From the NCBI GenBank assembly GCA_030248215.1, contig JASANG010000443.1, positions 124,001 to 188,000 of the forward strand: 64,000 bases of DNA, in the 5' to 3' direction. Positions 37,219 through 50,966 of this stretch are shown here, in pieces. A program made the translations under genes and the position numbers. Numbering within the stretch: the first letter of the stretch is position 1; every line of letters starts with the position of its first letter. Below the pieces are notes generated by a model. That model worked only from the letters and a program-made list of their open reading frames with translations, was not told the DNA's origin and made no database searches. This DNA comes from Enoplolaimus lenunculus. Its lineage: Eukaryota.

Positions 37219-40200
37219 TTAATTGTGTTCATTAGACGTCAATTAGGCACTTATTAACGGGTTGTCCTTAAACAGTGCAAATATGTTAGCATAATTTCGG
37301 CATTAGACAAACAGGGCCAATGTAAAGAACACGTGTGGAACAGTATTATAAGCAGATTCCGAAGCCTAAGCCTAAGCCTAAGCTTAAGCGTAAGAATGAG
37401 CATATTACTGAGCCTTAGCCTAAGCCTAAGCCAAGCAAAAAATTAGTCTAAAGCTTATCCTTAAACGTTGAAACGTCCTTGTGCCTTGCATACGTCACCG
37501 TCTGTGTTCTCAGATACTGGTCAAGGTTTCTTGTCGTTGTATTTTTCGTTTAAACCTTTAATTGAAACTTTATCTGGCTGGTTTGATCGAACCTAAAATT
37601 GGCTTTTTAAAACCAGTTTTCTAAAAGTCCATTCCAGAAGTTGCAGAAAGTGCGAACATAAAACTTGCCGAATACCAAGCTTAATGTACCGATATGAGGT
37701 ATATTTGAATAGCGGTATATTTTTTGGAATATTCAAACTTTGATAACTTATATTAATACTAAAGGTTGCCAATGTTACTTTAAGGGTCCAATGTTTCCCA
37801 TGTTACTCTAAGGGGCGTCCAGGTTTCTGGTGGGTCTATAAAAGTCTACGTTTAGATTCTAGGTTACATTTGTTTGCTTAGGCGTATGCTTAGGCTAGGC
37901 TTTGGAACTCATTTTTGCAACGCTTCGGTTTACGCTTAGGCTTAGGAATACGTTTAATTTACTGTTACGCCCGTTAAAATAATTGGCCCTAAATGTTATA
38001 TTAATTGCGTTAGGTCAAAAATGAATTTGTGTGTATAGCAATGCTTACAATCCAGGGTGTAACCGGATATTCGTTTTCGGAAAAAATGGCGTTCGCTTCT
38101 GTGGCCAATGTTACTTTAAAGGGTGTAACAGTAGATTAAGTGTATTCCTTAGCCCAAGCCTAAGCTTAAGCGTTGCAAAAATCTGTTCCTAAGCCTAAAC
38201 CTATACCTAAGCAAAAAATGTGATCTAGAATCCAAGGGCCCATCAGAACCCTGGACGCCCCTTAAAGTAACATGAGCCGTTTTAACCATGACATTATTAA
38301 TTACTATGGGTTTCAGTTTTATAAAGAATTTTTGTAATTTCACATTTTACTTCATCCGAATCATTAAAAGCGCTGCATTACACATCTTGTAGTTTTGATT
38401 TTCTATTAATGTCTCATTCCGTAATATCAAAACCATTTACCTGCCGCTATTAGAATATATGAATTTGACGGGAATACCCTATTCGTAATATCTCAAAACC
38501 TGTATATATCTTGCAAGTCAAAATTTTTGCCAAAACATTAATTTAAAACTCACAGCAAATAACCAAAAACTGGCATTATAGCTAGAACACCACGAATAAA
38601 CATTTATTATCTGTGTTATAATATTTTTATGTACCAGCATTGTAGGTAGCACTTTCTGGCAAAGTTGGTGATTTACCTGATTGAAAAATATATTTCAAGT
38701 TCCCGTAAGTTGAACTTGTTTGCTGGTACCAGCAACAAAACAATTACATTTATTCCTAACTGGTTTATACGTTTTGGCGTAAAGCTTAGGCTTAATTTTA
38801 CTTTCAGATTTAGATTTTGCTTTAGCTTTAAATTAACGTTTATGTTTAAGAATGACTTAAAGGTACACTGTACATTGCAGTGAGTTGATTTTAACTCAGA
38901 GTGAGTTGAATCACTCAGTCTGAGTTAGGACTTTCAGAACTCAGACAATAAAACTCACTCTGACTTATATAATTGTTCGACTTAAGCGGAATCAATTGAA
39001 CTCGGAGTAACGATCAACCCAACTCAGAGTGAGTTAATATTTACAGTTATTTACTCAGAAATAACTAATTTTTTGGCTTTAGTTGATTAATCAACTCAGT
39101 GGAATTTACAGAGTATAGAGGGCCATTTAAGCTTAGCATGGTCATAGCTTAACTTTAAGTATAGATTTAGCTTGCTATATACGGGCCCGTATCCTGTAAA
39201 TTCCAGTGTGTTGATTTCAACTCAGATTGAGTTGAATCCGCTCAGAAGCCTGAGCTCTTAATTAGGTCTTTCAGAGCTCAGGATTCTGAATTGATTGAAC
39301 TCATTTTGGGTTAATTAATTAACTAACCCAGAATTAAATCAGCTCAGAGTAAGTTAATGTTTACTGTTATTAACTCAGAAATAGCCAGAAATAATTACTT
39401 CTCCCTCTGAGTTGAGTAATCAACTCATCGGAATTTACAGTGTAGTCAAGGGTAAGGGCCAAGGTGGTGGGCTGATCTTCCCTGAAAAAATGTTGGCCCC
39501 AGAAAACTTTTAACCTGGATTGCAAGTCATTAAAAACCCTTGAATGACCCCCTAAAAAATTTCTACCCCCCCTAGCAAGGTGAACTGGCTACGGTCCTGG
39601 CTGTATAAGACACTGACTTAGGATCACGCACGGATGTTGGGTTGCAGAATGCAGAGGTGGACGCAGAAAGTTCTGACGGGGGGGGCGGGATGGCAAATTT
39701 TATCAAATGCAATTTTTGCTGTATGCAATATATTACATTTTCAACGAAACATTGCCAGCCCGCCTCTGGACCGTTGGTTTAGAGGTGAATTTTGGCCAAA
39801 ATTTAAAGTGCAGCACAAAGTATCTTTTTCAGTGACTAAAAATAGTATCATACTAAAATTTTAGGTCAGTTGGCAAAAGGTATCCCTATAACAGTATGCC
39901 AAGCGAAAACGCACACTGTAAATTTCAGTGAGTTGATTTTAACACAGAATGTCGAGCTGAATCACTCAGTCTGAGTACGGACTATCAGAACTCAGAATTT
40001 TGAGTTGATTCAATTTATTCTGAGATAATAAATCAACTCACCCAGGGTCAATTCAACTCAGAGTGTGAATCAACTCAACTGAGAGTGGGTTAATGTTTAC
40101 TGATATTAATTCAGAAATAACCAACTCGCTAGTTGTATTTAGTAATCAACTCATTGAAGAGACGACTTCAGCCCATGTAAAGATCAAGGTGGAACGTTTT

Positions 40201-43200
40201 TGTGAGGGACTACCGCAGAATAAGCTTAAGGTTTAGCCTAATTTTTTTACTAAGGTTAAAGGCTTACGCTTAGGTATAAGTTCATTCTTACGGTTAGGCT
40301 TAGGTTTAGGCTTAGAAATATGCCTATACTACTGTTATGGTCCTGTTCTCTAGATCAGTTAAAATTTCTTTAAGGGCTGGAAAATATTTTGAGCGCTTAA
40401 GGGCATAGCTGTCTACACTGTAAATTCAATGAGTTGATTAATCAAATTAGCTGGCCAGTTTGTTATTTATCAATTAATATCAGTAAACATTACCTCGCTC
40501 TGAGTTGAATTGATTCTTACTCTGAGTTCAGTTGATTCTGGGTGTGCTGATTAATTAACTGAGAATAAATTTAAATCAACTCATAATTTTGAATTTTGAT
40601 AGCCCTAACTCCGATTGAGTGATTCAACTCATTGGGAGTTAAAATCAACTCACTCAAATTTACAGTGTACCCTCTCTCGAACTACGCGGTCGAGGCTTGT
40701 TCAGAGTCATCTGTAAATCTTCCATGCGACAGTTTACCATTGGATCGATATTCTCCAAATGGCTTGGAAATAACGTAATATTATTGGTAGGAAGAGACCT
40801 GAATTTCAAATCTATAAAACACCAATTAACCAATCAAAATTACTGACAAGTTTTAAAACGCACAAACTGCTTCAGTTTCGGATCTCAAAATTTGCACAGA
40901 CATAAGACAAATTCAAGTCTAAAAATTGCGTTGAATTTCGAAGCTCGCAATTCGTTGATTCAGAAGTTACAAGACCTATCACCAACTGATGATGAGTGCT
41001 TACACACATTTGAGAATACGGGCACAAAATGCAAATCGTTTCAGGTTTGCGCGCATATGTAAAGATCAGGGGCGGAACGTTTTTCTGTGGGAATAGAATA
41101 GTGTAATCTTAAGTTTTAGATTAATTATTTTTGCTTGGCTTAGGCTTAGGCTTACGCTTAGGAGTATACTCATTCTTACGCTTAAGCTTAGGCTTAGGTT
41201 TAGGATTAGGTTTAGAAATAAACTTATTCTTACGCTTAGGCTTAGCCTTAGGCGTAAACTTAGGCTTAGTATTATATGCATAATACTGTTCCACTTTTGT
41301 TCTTTACATTGGCCCAAGAAGTTTCAATGACTTTAATTCCCTGGTTTAATAATTATATGTTCTGTAGAAGGTTTTAATTTTGCGTTGAAATGAATGCATA
41401 GTCGACAGTATCAGATGCATACCAGGCATATACGTCTCAGCTCAATCTTCTTGCCTGGCCAAAACAATTTTACAAAGGGACATGACAAACTTTACAAAGG
41501 GGGTAAGACTTCTCGGTCCATGGTACTGTAGTGACTCGAATAAGAGGGGGACTGATATTTATTTGTTATCTCCAGAGGATACCCCCCTGATATTCGGTTA
41601 CGGACTGTTATTTATTTTTAATCGCCCTCCGCCACCCTTCGTTACTGATATATCCGGTATTGCAGTTATCCGAGGAATTAAACGTTTACTTGCCTTGTAT
41701 CAAAAGCTAATTTATATCCGCCCTCCGCCGCCTTTGTTTAGTTGGACCTAAAACCCATCTCTTATGTCATTCTCTGTTTTGGGCAGGATTGACCTTCCGC
41801 AGCATTTTTGTTGGTTGCCCTGTCCGTTAACTATTTTCTGGATTATTTAATAAAATACATGCGGGTTGTTATTTGGTCGTGGAGTCATTTATGCACTACA
41901 CTTAGGGATAATTGACATTTATGGGCTCTTACGGTTTACGGACTCTGTCCGCTTGCGCACTCTTACTAGGGATACGGACTCCTATTGATTAGGACTGAAA
42001 ATGGGGACCCCCCTTATTACCCCGTTTTATTCGGGTCACTACGGTATAGAACAGGGCCGGATTGTTTTCCGGAGGCGCTGTTACATAGTCAGCTCAAGCT
42101 TAAGACTAAATTTTTTGCTTAGGCTATAGGATTAGACTTAGGAATAGGCCCATCCTTACGCGCTAAGGCTTAGGCGTAGGCTTAGGATAGGCTTATGATA
42201 CTAATGTTCCGGCCCAGTTCTAATACATGGGCCAACTTTTCTATAGGGGTCCACATTTATCTGAACGGGAGCAGGGCCTTCAATGTACTATTCTGCCGTT
42301 TATTTTGTTAACCGTTTTGGTCAATGTAAAGACCAGTGCAGAACAGTATTATAAGCGTATTCCAAAGCCCCAGCCTAAGCCTAAGACTAAGCCTAAGTGT
42401 CAGAATGAGCTTAAGCCTAAGCCTAAGCCTAAGCCTAAGCGTTAGCGTAAGAATGATCATATTCCTAAGCCTAAAGCCTAAGCCTAAAGTCAAACAAAAA
42501 ATTAGTCTAAAGCTTAAGCGTACTCTATTTGCAGTCCCACAGAAAAACGTTCGGCCCCTGATCTTCACAAGGGCCACTGTTTTTAACCGTCGGCATTTTA
42601 ATGATTATCAGTAAACTAATTGAAACAAACTCGGACTTCTTCAGTATGAACATAAAAAGCCTTGAGCGAGTTTGGTCTACAGAGGGACTAAGAAATTGCA
42701 AAACAACAATGTCCGAATCGAACATACAAACTGGGCCAAAATCTATTCATACAGACCATGGCTATTTTACGGCAGAGGCCGGAGCGCTCTGCCATGCCGT
42801 TGGACGCCCGTACGCAACGAATCCGGTACGGTCCAGCTGGCGCTGAATTAACAGCGGCTTCGAGACGCATTAACTGTGTATTTCCGTCGTTCAGAGTTGA
42901 AAGTTTTTGTAAAAACATTTCTCTCCAGGGGGTCTACAAGAATGACTATTTTTTTCTTCTTATCGAGTTCTACTCTTAGTTTGTTAACGTTGTCTATGAT
43001 TAAGCGTGTCAACAGTGACATCAGGGGTGGCATTTTTCAATAAATATAAAGCAAAATATTTAAAAAATGTAGTGAAATAACCTAAAATCAAATTTTGATG
43101 CAATTTTAGAATTATCTCTGCGCCCCACCCTAGTCAACAAATCCTGGATTCACCGTTGTATGTATATATACTGCGAACAATGGTGAGTCAAACTGACTCT

Positions 43201-43350
43201 CTCCGAAATAGGCTCTACGGGGCTATACAAACTCAGTCAAATTCGACTCACTGAGAGCGACTCGAGTTAGTAGAATTTGACTCAGTTTGTGTATTCCGGA
43301 AAAGTCTATTTCAAAGAGAGTCAATTTGACTTACCATGTTTTGCAGTATA

Positions 43351-43356
<6 letters not shown>

Positions 43357-43410
<54 letters not shown>
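43357..43410. repeat. (TA)n microsatellite
   Basis: Pure TA run directly after a CACTG-family MITE end. Confidence 0.95.
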
Positions 43411-43413
<3 letters not shown>

Positions 43414-44718
43414 ATGCATGTCCTCCTTTTGCTGTAAGCTTGCACTGGCGGTTGACAAACAACAAAGGTTCAAGCATTCCATAGGTTTAAGAAGTGTTTT
43501 CAATTTTAAAATGCTTTAAGGCTTAATTTGTAGTGCTTTTTGAACCGAAAATCGTTTACAAACATCACTTTAAGCTGAACGGCATTAAGTACGGTCTATT
43601 AATTTGTAAAAACTTCCTTGTCCAAGTAAAAACTGTGATTTCTATTGTTCCGTGTGAAACAATATTTGTTTTTAATTAAAGTTTTTTCTGACTTTCAAAA
43701 CATTAGCCGTTGATAATCTTGCGGAATGATGGCTGACGATTGGCTACAGTTCTCTTAGTTGATTGGTTGGGTTTTTGAAACCTTACATAACTATGACATA
43801 GTACTTAAGTCTGTGCTAAGCAATTACTGAGCCATTTTGTCGTTTTTAAAAGCGTACTATATAGTTAAGCTAAGACTATAAACATGTGCCCCCGATTTAG
43901 AAATCCATAGATCTGCCATTGAATCGATTTTGACCAACTATAAACTGGTGGCGAAGTAAATTAACAAAAAAACTCACGGGAAAAGTAAATACACCAAAAC
44001 GTGATTACATGGATCCAGTCTGGCCGTTGCTGTCTGATATCCAGCAGAGTCGACGTGAAACGAAGATTAAATTTGTTTCAATGCAAGCGTCTTTGATGAT
44101 AGGTTTGCAGCTGTGGACGCAGTAAAAGTTGAAATAACATTTTAGAAATTAAAAACAAAAAACTATTACAGCAGTGTTTTCCGTTGAGTTTAATTAAATT
44201 TCAACTTTGGTCCACTGTCAGGTGACCAAATCCAGAGTGCCTTTAATAAAACTAGGGTTGAGCTAAAAAACATGCAAAGAATGCAAGCTGCGAAAAACGG
44301 TATTTCAACGTTGAATTGCACCAAATGCGTTAATTTTGCTAGAACTGTGTTATGCCATGATCTATACAAAGGAGATATGCCCAGCGGATTTTCAAGATAA
44401 GATTTCAAATTGCGATTCTTTGACTGACTGCATTTATTGACACTGGTTGACTATAGGCACTTGACGATAGAATACGAAGTCCAATGTAAAGAACAGGGAC
44501 GAAACTGTAGTATAAGCATATTTCTAAGCCTAAGCCTAAGCCTGAGTTTAAACTTAAGCTTAAGAATGAGCATATTCCGAAAAGCCTAAGCCTAAGCCTA
44601 CGCCAAGCGAAAAAAATTCGTCTAAAGCTTAAGCTTATTCCATTCTGGTCACACAGAAAAACTCTCTGCCCCTGATCTTTACATGGGCCTGTCTTGCGAA
44701 GGTTTAACATGTCGCATA

Positions 44719-45119
44719 CTGTGGTGACCCGAATAAGAGTGGGTCCCCATTTCAGTCCCAATCAATAGGAGTGCGTATCCCTAATAAGAGTCCCTGAACC
44801 CTAATTAGAGTCCATAAATGTCAATTATCCCAAATTGTAGCACATAAATGACTCTAGCAGCAAATAAAGTTGAGTTAAAAAGTTAATAGCATAGTTAAAC
44901 TTTGAAAGCACATTTCTGAGTACAACATTGCATTATGGCTCAAGGATTTGACACAACACAAATAAACGTTTAGTTCAACGGACAGTTGCAATACCGGATA
45001 TATATCAGTACCGAAGTGTGGGTTAAAAAAGAAATAACAGTCCGTAACTGAATAACAAAGGGTACCCTCTGGAGAGGCTAAATATCAGTCTCCCCCCACT
45101 CTTATTCGGGTCACTACAG
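44719..45119. mobile_element. TA-flanked CTGTAGTGACCCGAATAAGA MITE (Tc1/mariner-like target)
   Basis: TIRs with TA on both sides. Copies at about 28553-28992 and 41526-42044; partial copies near 2268 and 48773. Confidence 0.75.
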
Positions 45120-45431
45120 TAAACAGTTTGTGTTACCTTACTCATAGCATAAATGTACGCCGAAAAAATAGCCAAACACCAAATATTATGCTTGTTTTAT
45201 GCTATTTCTTACAAGAAACTAAAACCATTTTCGCAGAATGAGAAAATGAATGAATAAAAAATGAATGAAAAGATCATCTTAAATTCAGTTGATTGATTAG
45301 TTTCATAATATTATTATATATTTTACCACCTGCCATGCTATACTGCGGGTACCATTATTTCTGCTTAGTACGTGTCGTGTACCACATGTTTAAGTTCAAT
45401 TATATATGTACATATATATCAGTATATATAT

Positions 45432-45510
45432 GTTTATTTATTTATTATATTTATTTATTTATTTATTTTATTTATTTATTTATTTATTCATTTATTTATT
45501 TATTTATTTA
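45432..45510. repeat. (TTTA)n microsatellite
   Basis: Degenerate TTTA tandem array. Confidence 0.9.
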
Positions 45511-48500
45511 TATCTGTATAGCCGACATGACATTAATTAATTACGTTATGTCTTTATGGTGACTAGCAGAGTTCTTACAAGTACTGTCTTAAATGTTTTC
45601 TATTAATTTCCAAGTCTTTTAAACCAAGAAACATAAATTTTCGCTGTTTAGCTTCTGGACCTATGTAAAGATGAGGGGCGGAACGGTTTATGTGGGACTA
45701 GAATATATAGAGTAAGCTTAAGCTTTAGACTTACTCTTTTGCTTGGCTAAGGCTTACGGATCGGCTTAGGCTTAAAAATATGCGCATAATACTGTTCCGC
45801 CCCTGTTGTTTACATTGGTCAGATTCTGTTGCTTGCATTCAGTCAGGTGGTCAAAACACTATAATGACAATTTTAAAAATTAAACCAATTAATAATTAAT
45901 GTCGACACGCGACAATTAACAGAAGTTTAAGTTAAAAATACAGTCTTTAACAGGAATTACACAGAGGGTAAAATTTTGAACAAAAAAGACAAAAGATTAT
46001 CAATTAAAGTCCAGACCTTAATATAAATTAACCATTTCTCAGATGAATATATAAATATATCTATATCGGGATGCAACCGAAACTGCAATTTACCGGAGCC
46101 GGAACTTGAAAAAATTTCCAGAAACGACACTGGAAACTGAAAAACAAATGCCACAGAAAAAAAATTAATTTTAAATTTTCTTTTTTACAATATTACTGGT
46201 GGAATAACCTTATGGCTGAAATATTCACTTTATCTGTTGTATTTTAGATTTTCATAATCCACGATTGTGAAATCTACATTCGACGGTTTATTTTCGGTTA
46301 CTGTCAAGGGTTATATACTATACTAATGAAATCTAGTTTATTTTTATCATCATTTTTAGCACAATATCTTAATTTGCACCGGCCGCTATTTAATACCGAA
46401 ATTTTTAATTCCAATAAAAATTTACCGGAACCGGAAGGTGAAAAAATACCGGAATCGGATATATATATACTATTCGAACTGAAATAAAGATTAGACGAGG
46501 AACGGTTTTTGTGGGACTAGAAAAAGTAATCTTAAACTTAGACTAATTTTTTTGCTTGGCTTAGGCGTTTAAGCTTAGGTTTCGGAATATGCGCATTCTT
46601 ACGCTTAGGCTTAGGCTTAGGAATATGCTTATAATACTGTTCCGCCCCTGTTTTTTACATTGGCCGCGTCCGAAGGTATTCTCACCGTGTTATGAAAATT
46701 TTGTTCATCGCATTCGCGTAATATTCTGTATTTTTCGCGTACGCAGTTTGTGCCGAGTTGCTCATAGTATACTCTATTAAGCACGTGAAGGGGTTTAAAG
46801 TTTTACCACCGCATTTGATTTCAAGATTAAGGACCGCAACCTTAGCAATTAGCTGACTACGGGACAACGTGTCACGCTATAATGTTTCGAAATTAACCAT
46901 TAATGAAACAATTGCATTACTGTTAGTGTGCAATTATACTTTTATTACTTTCGGATACCAATAACCTTAATTAGATATATTCCGGAATATATATATAATA
47001 TATATAATATAACTACACTGTAAATATGGTGAGTAAAATTGACTTTCTCGGAAATAGGCTTTTCCGGACTACGCAAACTGAGTCAAGATTCGACTCACCT
47101 GAGTCGCTCAATGAGTTAAATTTGACTCTAGCAGAGTCGAATTTGACTCAGTTTATGCAGTCAGGAAAAGCCTATTTCCGAGAGAGTCAATTTGACTCAC
47201 CATTTTTACAGTGTATATAACTTGCTTATATGCTCACCAATAGAAGATGAAACCTGGAGCCCCGATATGTTTTCGGATGGTCCAAAATCTGCTATGGGAC
47301 ATATTCTGGATATATCCTTCTGCACCTTGATGTACAGGACTGAGTGGTCCCAACGGAAGATACTGAGTACGTAAGGATTTGCCGTCCTAGAATAGTTGGA
47401 CTCGGTGCTTTTAGGATCAATACAATAGACTGACGACTCAGTAAAATTGTAAGGGATCAACATTCAGATTATAGGATCAGTACTCTCAATAAATGTGCTT
47501 CCGTCTGACAAGCTCAGATAAGGGTGAAGGTTTTTTCAAGCCCTTGCAACACACACTGCAAAAATGGTGAGTCAAATTTACCCTCTCGGCTTCTCGGGAC
47601 TACGCAAACTGAGTCAAATTCGACTCCACCAGTGTCATACATGCGACTCAGTGAGACGAATTTGACTCCAATTTGTGTAGTCCCGTAGAGCCTATTTCGG
47701 AGAGAGTCAATTTGACTCACCATTTTTTGCAGTGTGTGAAAATACCAGTAATAGAACAACAAATTAACAGTTTTTTGCGGTTCAGTAGATTTTCATATTT
47801 TTATGCAATTAATCTATCGTTTCACTGTTTTTACTTGTTCATGACAGCCAATGTAAAGCACAGGAGCGGAACAGTATTATAAGCATAAGCCTAAAGCCTA
47901 AGCCTAAGCCAAGCAAAAATAGTCTAAAGCCTTAAGCTTACTCGTTTCTAGTCCCACAGAAAAACGTCCTGCTCCTAATTTTTACATGGGCCCAAGTGAC
48001 TATTACAAGCATACGCTCGATGAACGCTAAAAACTTTTCATTTCCAGGCGTAGCCGAACGACAAAATATATATACAGTTTTCACACTTTTGAGACTAAAA
48101 ATTTCAAAATCAAAACTAATTTGTCACATTATTAATCCATCAAAGTATATGATCTGTTTTTGCCTGATATGAGAATTGCCTGCCACCTGCCCTATGGGAC
48201 ATCCAATTATGACAAATCGGGCCACTTCCGTCCATGAGGCCGCGTGCCTTTATTTCCATCTCTCAAAGGAGTCGTGTTTCGAAAAACATAGTTCCTTGTT
48301 TTCAAATAAAATAGCTTTCGCAACAAGCTGATTTGCCAAAACAACTTTGTGAATACGTAATTAGTTGCGATACGTCCATAAATTTAAACCTTCTATACAG
48401 CCCAACGCATGATTAGCAAACCAAATTTTACCTCAAAAATAAATGTTGACTTTAGAAAGTTTTGAAGTCATTTTTGAAAATTTAATTTAGCGATACACCT

Positions 48501-49775
48501 TATAGCCCATGTTGCTATTAAGAGGCGTCCATAATTTCTGGTGGGTCTATAAAAGAGTAGGTTTAGATTCTTAGATTACATTTTTTTGCTTAAGCTTAGA
48601 TTTAGGCTTAGGAACTCATTTTTGCAACGTTTAGGCTTAGGCTTAGGCTTAGGAATGCGCTTAATCGACTGTTACGCCCCTTAAAGAAACATTGGCCCAC
48701 CTTAGTGCTGTTGCCATTATCGTCTGATGAGCTTTTAAGACAGCATCAGTCTATGGTACTCTGAAAAGCGTACTGTAGTACCCGAATAAGAGAGGTGACT
48801 GACATTTATTTGGCCTTTCCAGAGGGAACCCCTGTAGTTATTCGGTTACGGACTGTTATTCTATATGCACAAATTTTCATTGCTTTATTATTTAATTTTA
48901 CTAGAAATCTGACGGACGTAACTAAATCTTTAAAACCGCAATATCGGTCGTACACTGTAAATTCCAGTGAGTTGATTTTTACTCAAAATGAATTGAATTC
49001 GCTCAGAAACCCGAGCTTTGAATTAGGTCTTTCAGAACTCAAAATTCCGAATTGATTGAACTCATTCTGAGTTAATTAATCAACTCGCCCGGAATTACAA
49101 CAGCGCAGCTTGAGTTAATATAAGTTTACTGTTATTAACTCAGAAGTAACAAAAAATAACTAATTCTCTTTCTCTCTGAGTTGATTAATCAACTCATTGG
49201 AATTTACAGTGTATCTGTGACATCTCGTGTAAGCATGGAAAGCTACAGGGACCAAAATTCCTACATTTCCGGTCACTGCCCACGCATCCGATCCAGCAAC
49301 GAACGCCAGTTTTTACTCAAAACGGATATCCGGTTACCACTTGCATACAGTGTAAATTCCAGTGAGTTAATTAATCGACTCAGACGGAAAGTTAGTTATT
49401 TCTGAGTTAATAACAGTAAACTTTAACTCACGTTGAGTTGAGCTGATTTTCAAAGTGACTTGAGTTGACTCCTGGGGAGTTGATTAATTAAATCAAAATG
49501 AGTTGAATCAACTCACAATTCTGAGTTCTGATAGTCCTAACTCAGATTGAGTGATTCAATTCATTCTATAAGTTAAAATCAACTCACTGGAATTAACAGT
49601 GTCCAACATATGTACTAGCTTTTAATTTCAGATTATACCAACATTGTTACACTTTTACCAGAGTCAAACTTAGCAAAATTGTAAAATTTTCTCAACGCCT
49701 TAAAATATTTTAAATACTTAAATTTTTAAAAAATCACCTCAGCCAATAACTGAATTTTAAAAAAAATAATTCAGA

Positions 49776-50209
49776 ATGCTCTCGACGATCCAACTCACAA
49801 ACACCTCAGCAAATTCAACTTGTGGCAGCACAACATCCATCGAAACGTGTGTCGATCAACTTGAGTTGAACTCAACTGCAACTTTAATTTCAACTGAATT
49901 CACAATTGATTTGCTCATAATTTACAGTATAATGTACTCATTTATCGCTTCGATGGGTATTTTAGGCAACGTATTTGTAATTTGGGCCATTTCAAGCGAT
50001 GCGGCGTTACGCAAATCATTAATGAACATCATTTTACTTGAAATGGCTGTTGCTGATTTGTTAAATTTGACCACATGCTTACCTGATATTGTAAGCAGTT
50101 TGACAGGTATATGGTACCTGGACGATGTTGCGTGCAAATTGCTACGATTTTCGGAAGTTTTCGCGTTGTACGCGTCGTTGTTGTTACAGATTGGCATTTG
50201 TCTAGAAAG
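49776..50209 (+). CDS. Class A (rhodopsin-like) peptide/neuropeptide-type GPCR, exon 1 (N-terminus, TM1-TM3)
   Basis: N-glycosylation sequons NTS/NST. TM1 GILGNVFVI, TM2 LEMAVADLL, ECL1 W...ACK, TM3 ending CLER. Donor AG|GTATTT at 50210. Confidence 0.93.
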
Positions 50210-50966
50210 GTATTTAATATTTAATCGCAGTGGATGTGGATCAACAAGTGTACCCGTTTATCCATATAGTCACGGATTCGGAATTTTTCCCTGTAGGAAA
50301 GAAAATTTTAATAGTTTTTTAACAGGGTATTGGCAACGATGTTTTAGAATTATCCTGTATGAGCAGAAATAGTGAAAGTTTTTTAAAGTCGTAAGGAAGC
50401 GAGCTAAATCAAATATTTGACCATAACTCGTTAGCCGGACGTCTGATTGTGGAAAATTTAACAACGTTCGACTCAGCTCTACATGCTGTGTCAAGCGGTA
50501 TTGTATATCTTGTCTAACCTTATGACAAAAATTTTTTGGGTCCATACGGAGCGGGCCTGCAACCAAGGCAGTGGCAGAGGGGTCTGAGCCCCCTGGAATA
50601 ATTTTAGCCCCCCTATAAGATTTTAAACCTTGCTTGTAAGTTATTGAAAAACTTTAAATGCCCCTCCTGAAAATTTTTTAGCCTTCCTAGCAAGATGAGC
50701 TGCTGGCTACAGGCCTGCTACAGGGACCTCTGGACTTTAAAATAGAATTTTTCCAAACTTCAAATTTAGGCATGAAACGATCAGGGAAGGCCGTAAAAAA
50801 CGCAAATAAGCAAAAAAAATGCCAAAATCCAACCGCATTTCTGGACAAACGCCGACTCGGAGGCGAATAGCCGAAAAAACCCCAAATTTTCGACAATTGA
50901 AATTTTAACTGCAAATATAGTTTTATTTTCATTCGTGGCTAAAGTTATCCTTTTTGCGTATTTCAG

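Noticed and set aside
42227..42614. LSLSLS / LRLRLR / PKPKPK ORFs (also at 1547, 11853, 41066 and elsewhere)
   Set aside because: Translations of TTAGGC repeats within MITEs.
1586..48697. TTAGGC tracts as true telomeres or chromosome-break healing sites
   Set aside because: They are short, degenerate, in both orientations and generally embedded in the TIR elements or their remnants.
50210..50372. 3' extension of ORF 49776..50372 and 5' extension of ORF 50935
   Set aside because: Intronic read-through. Splicing 50209 to 50967 restores the ERF motif.
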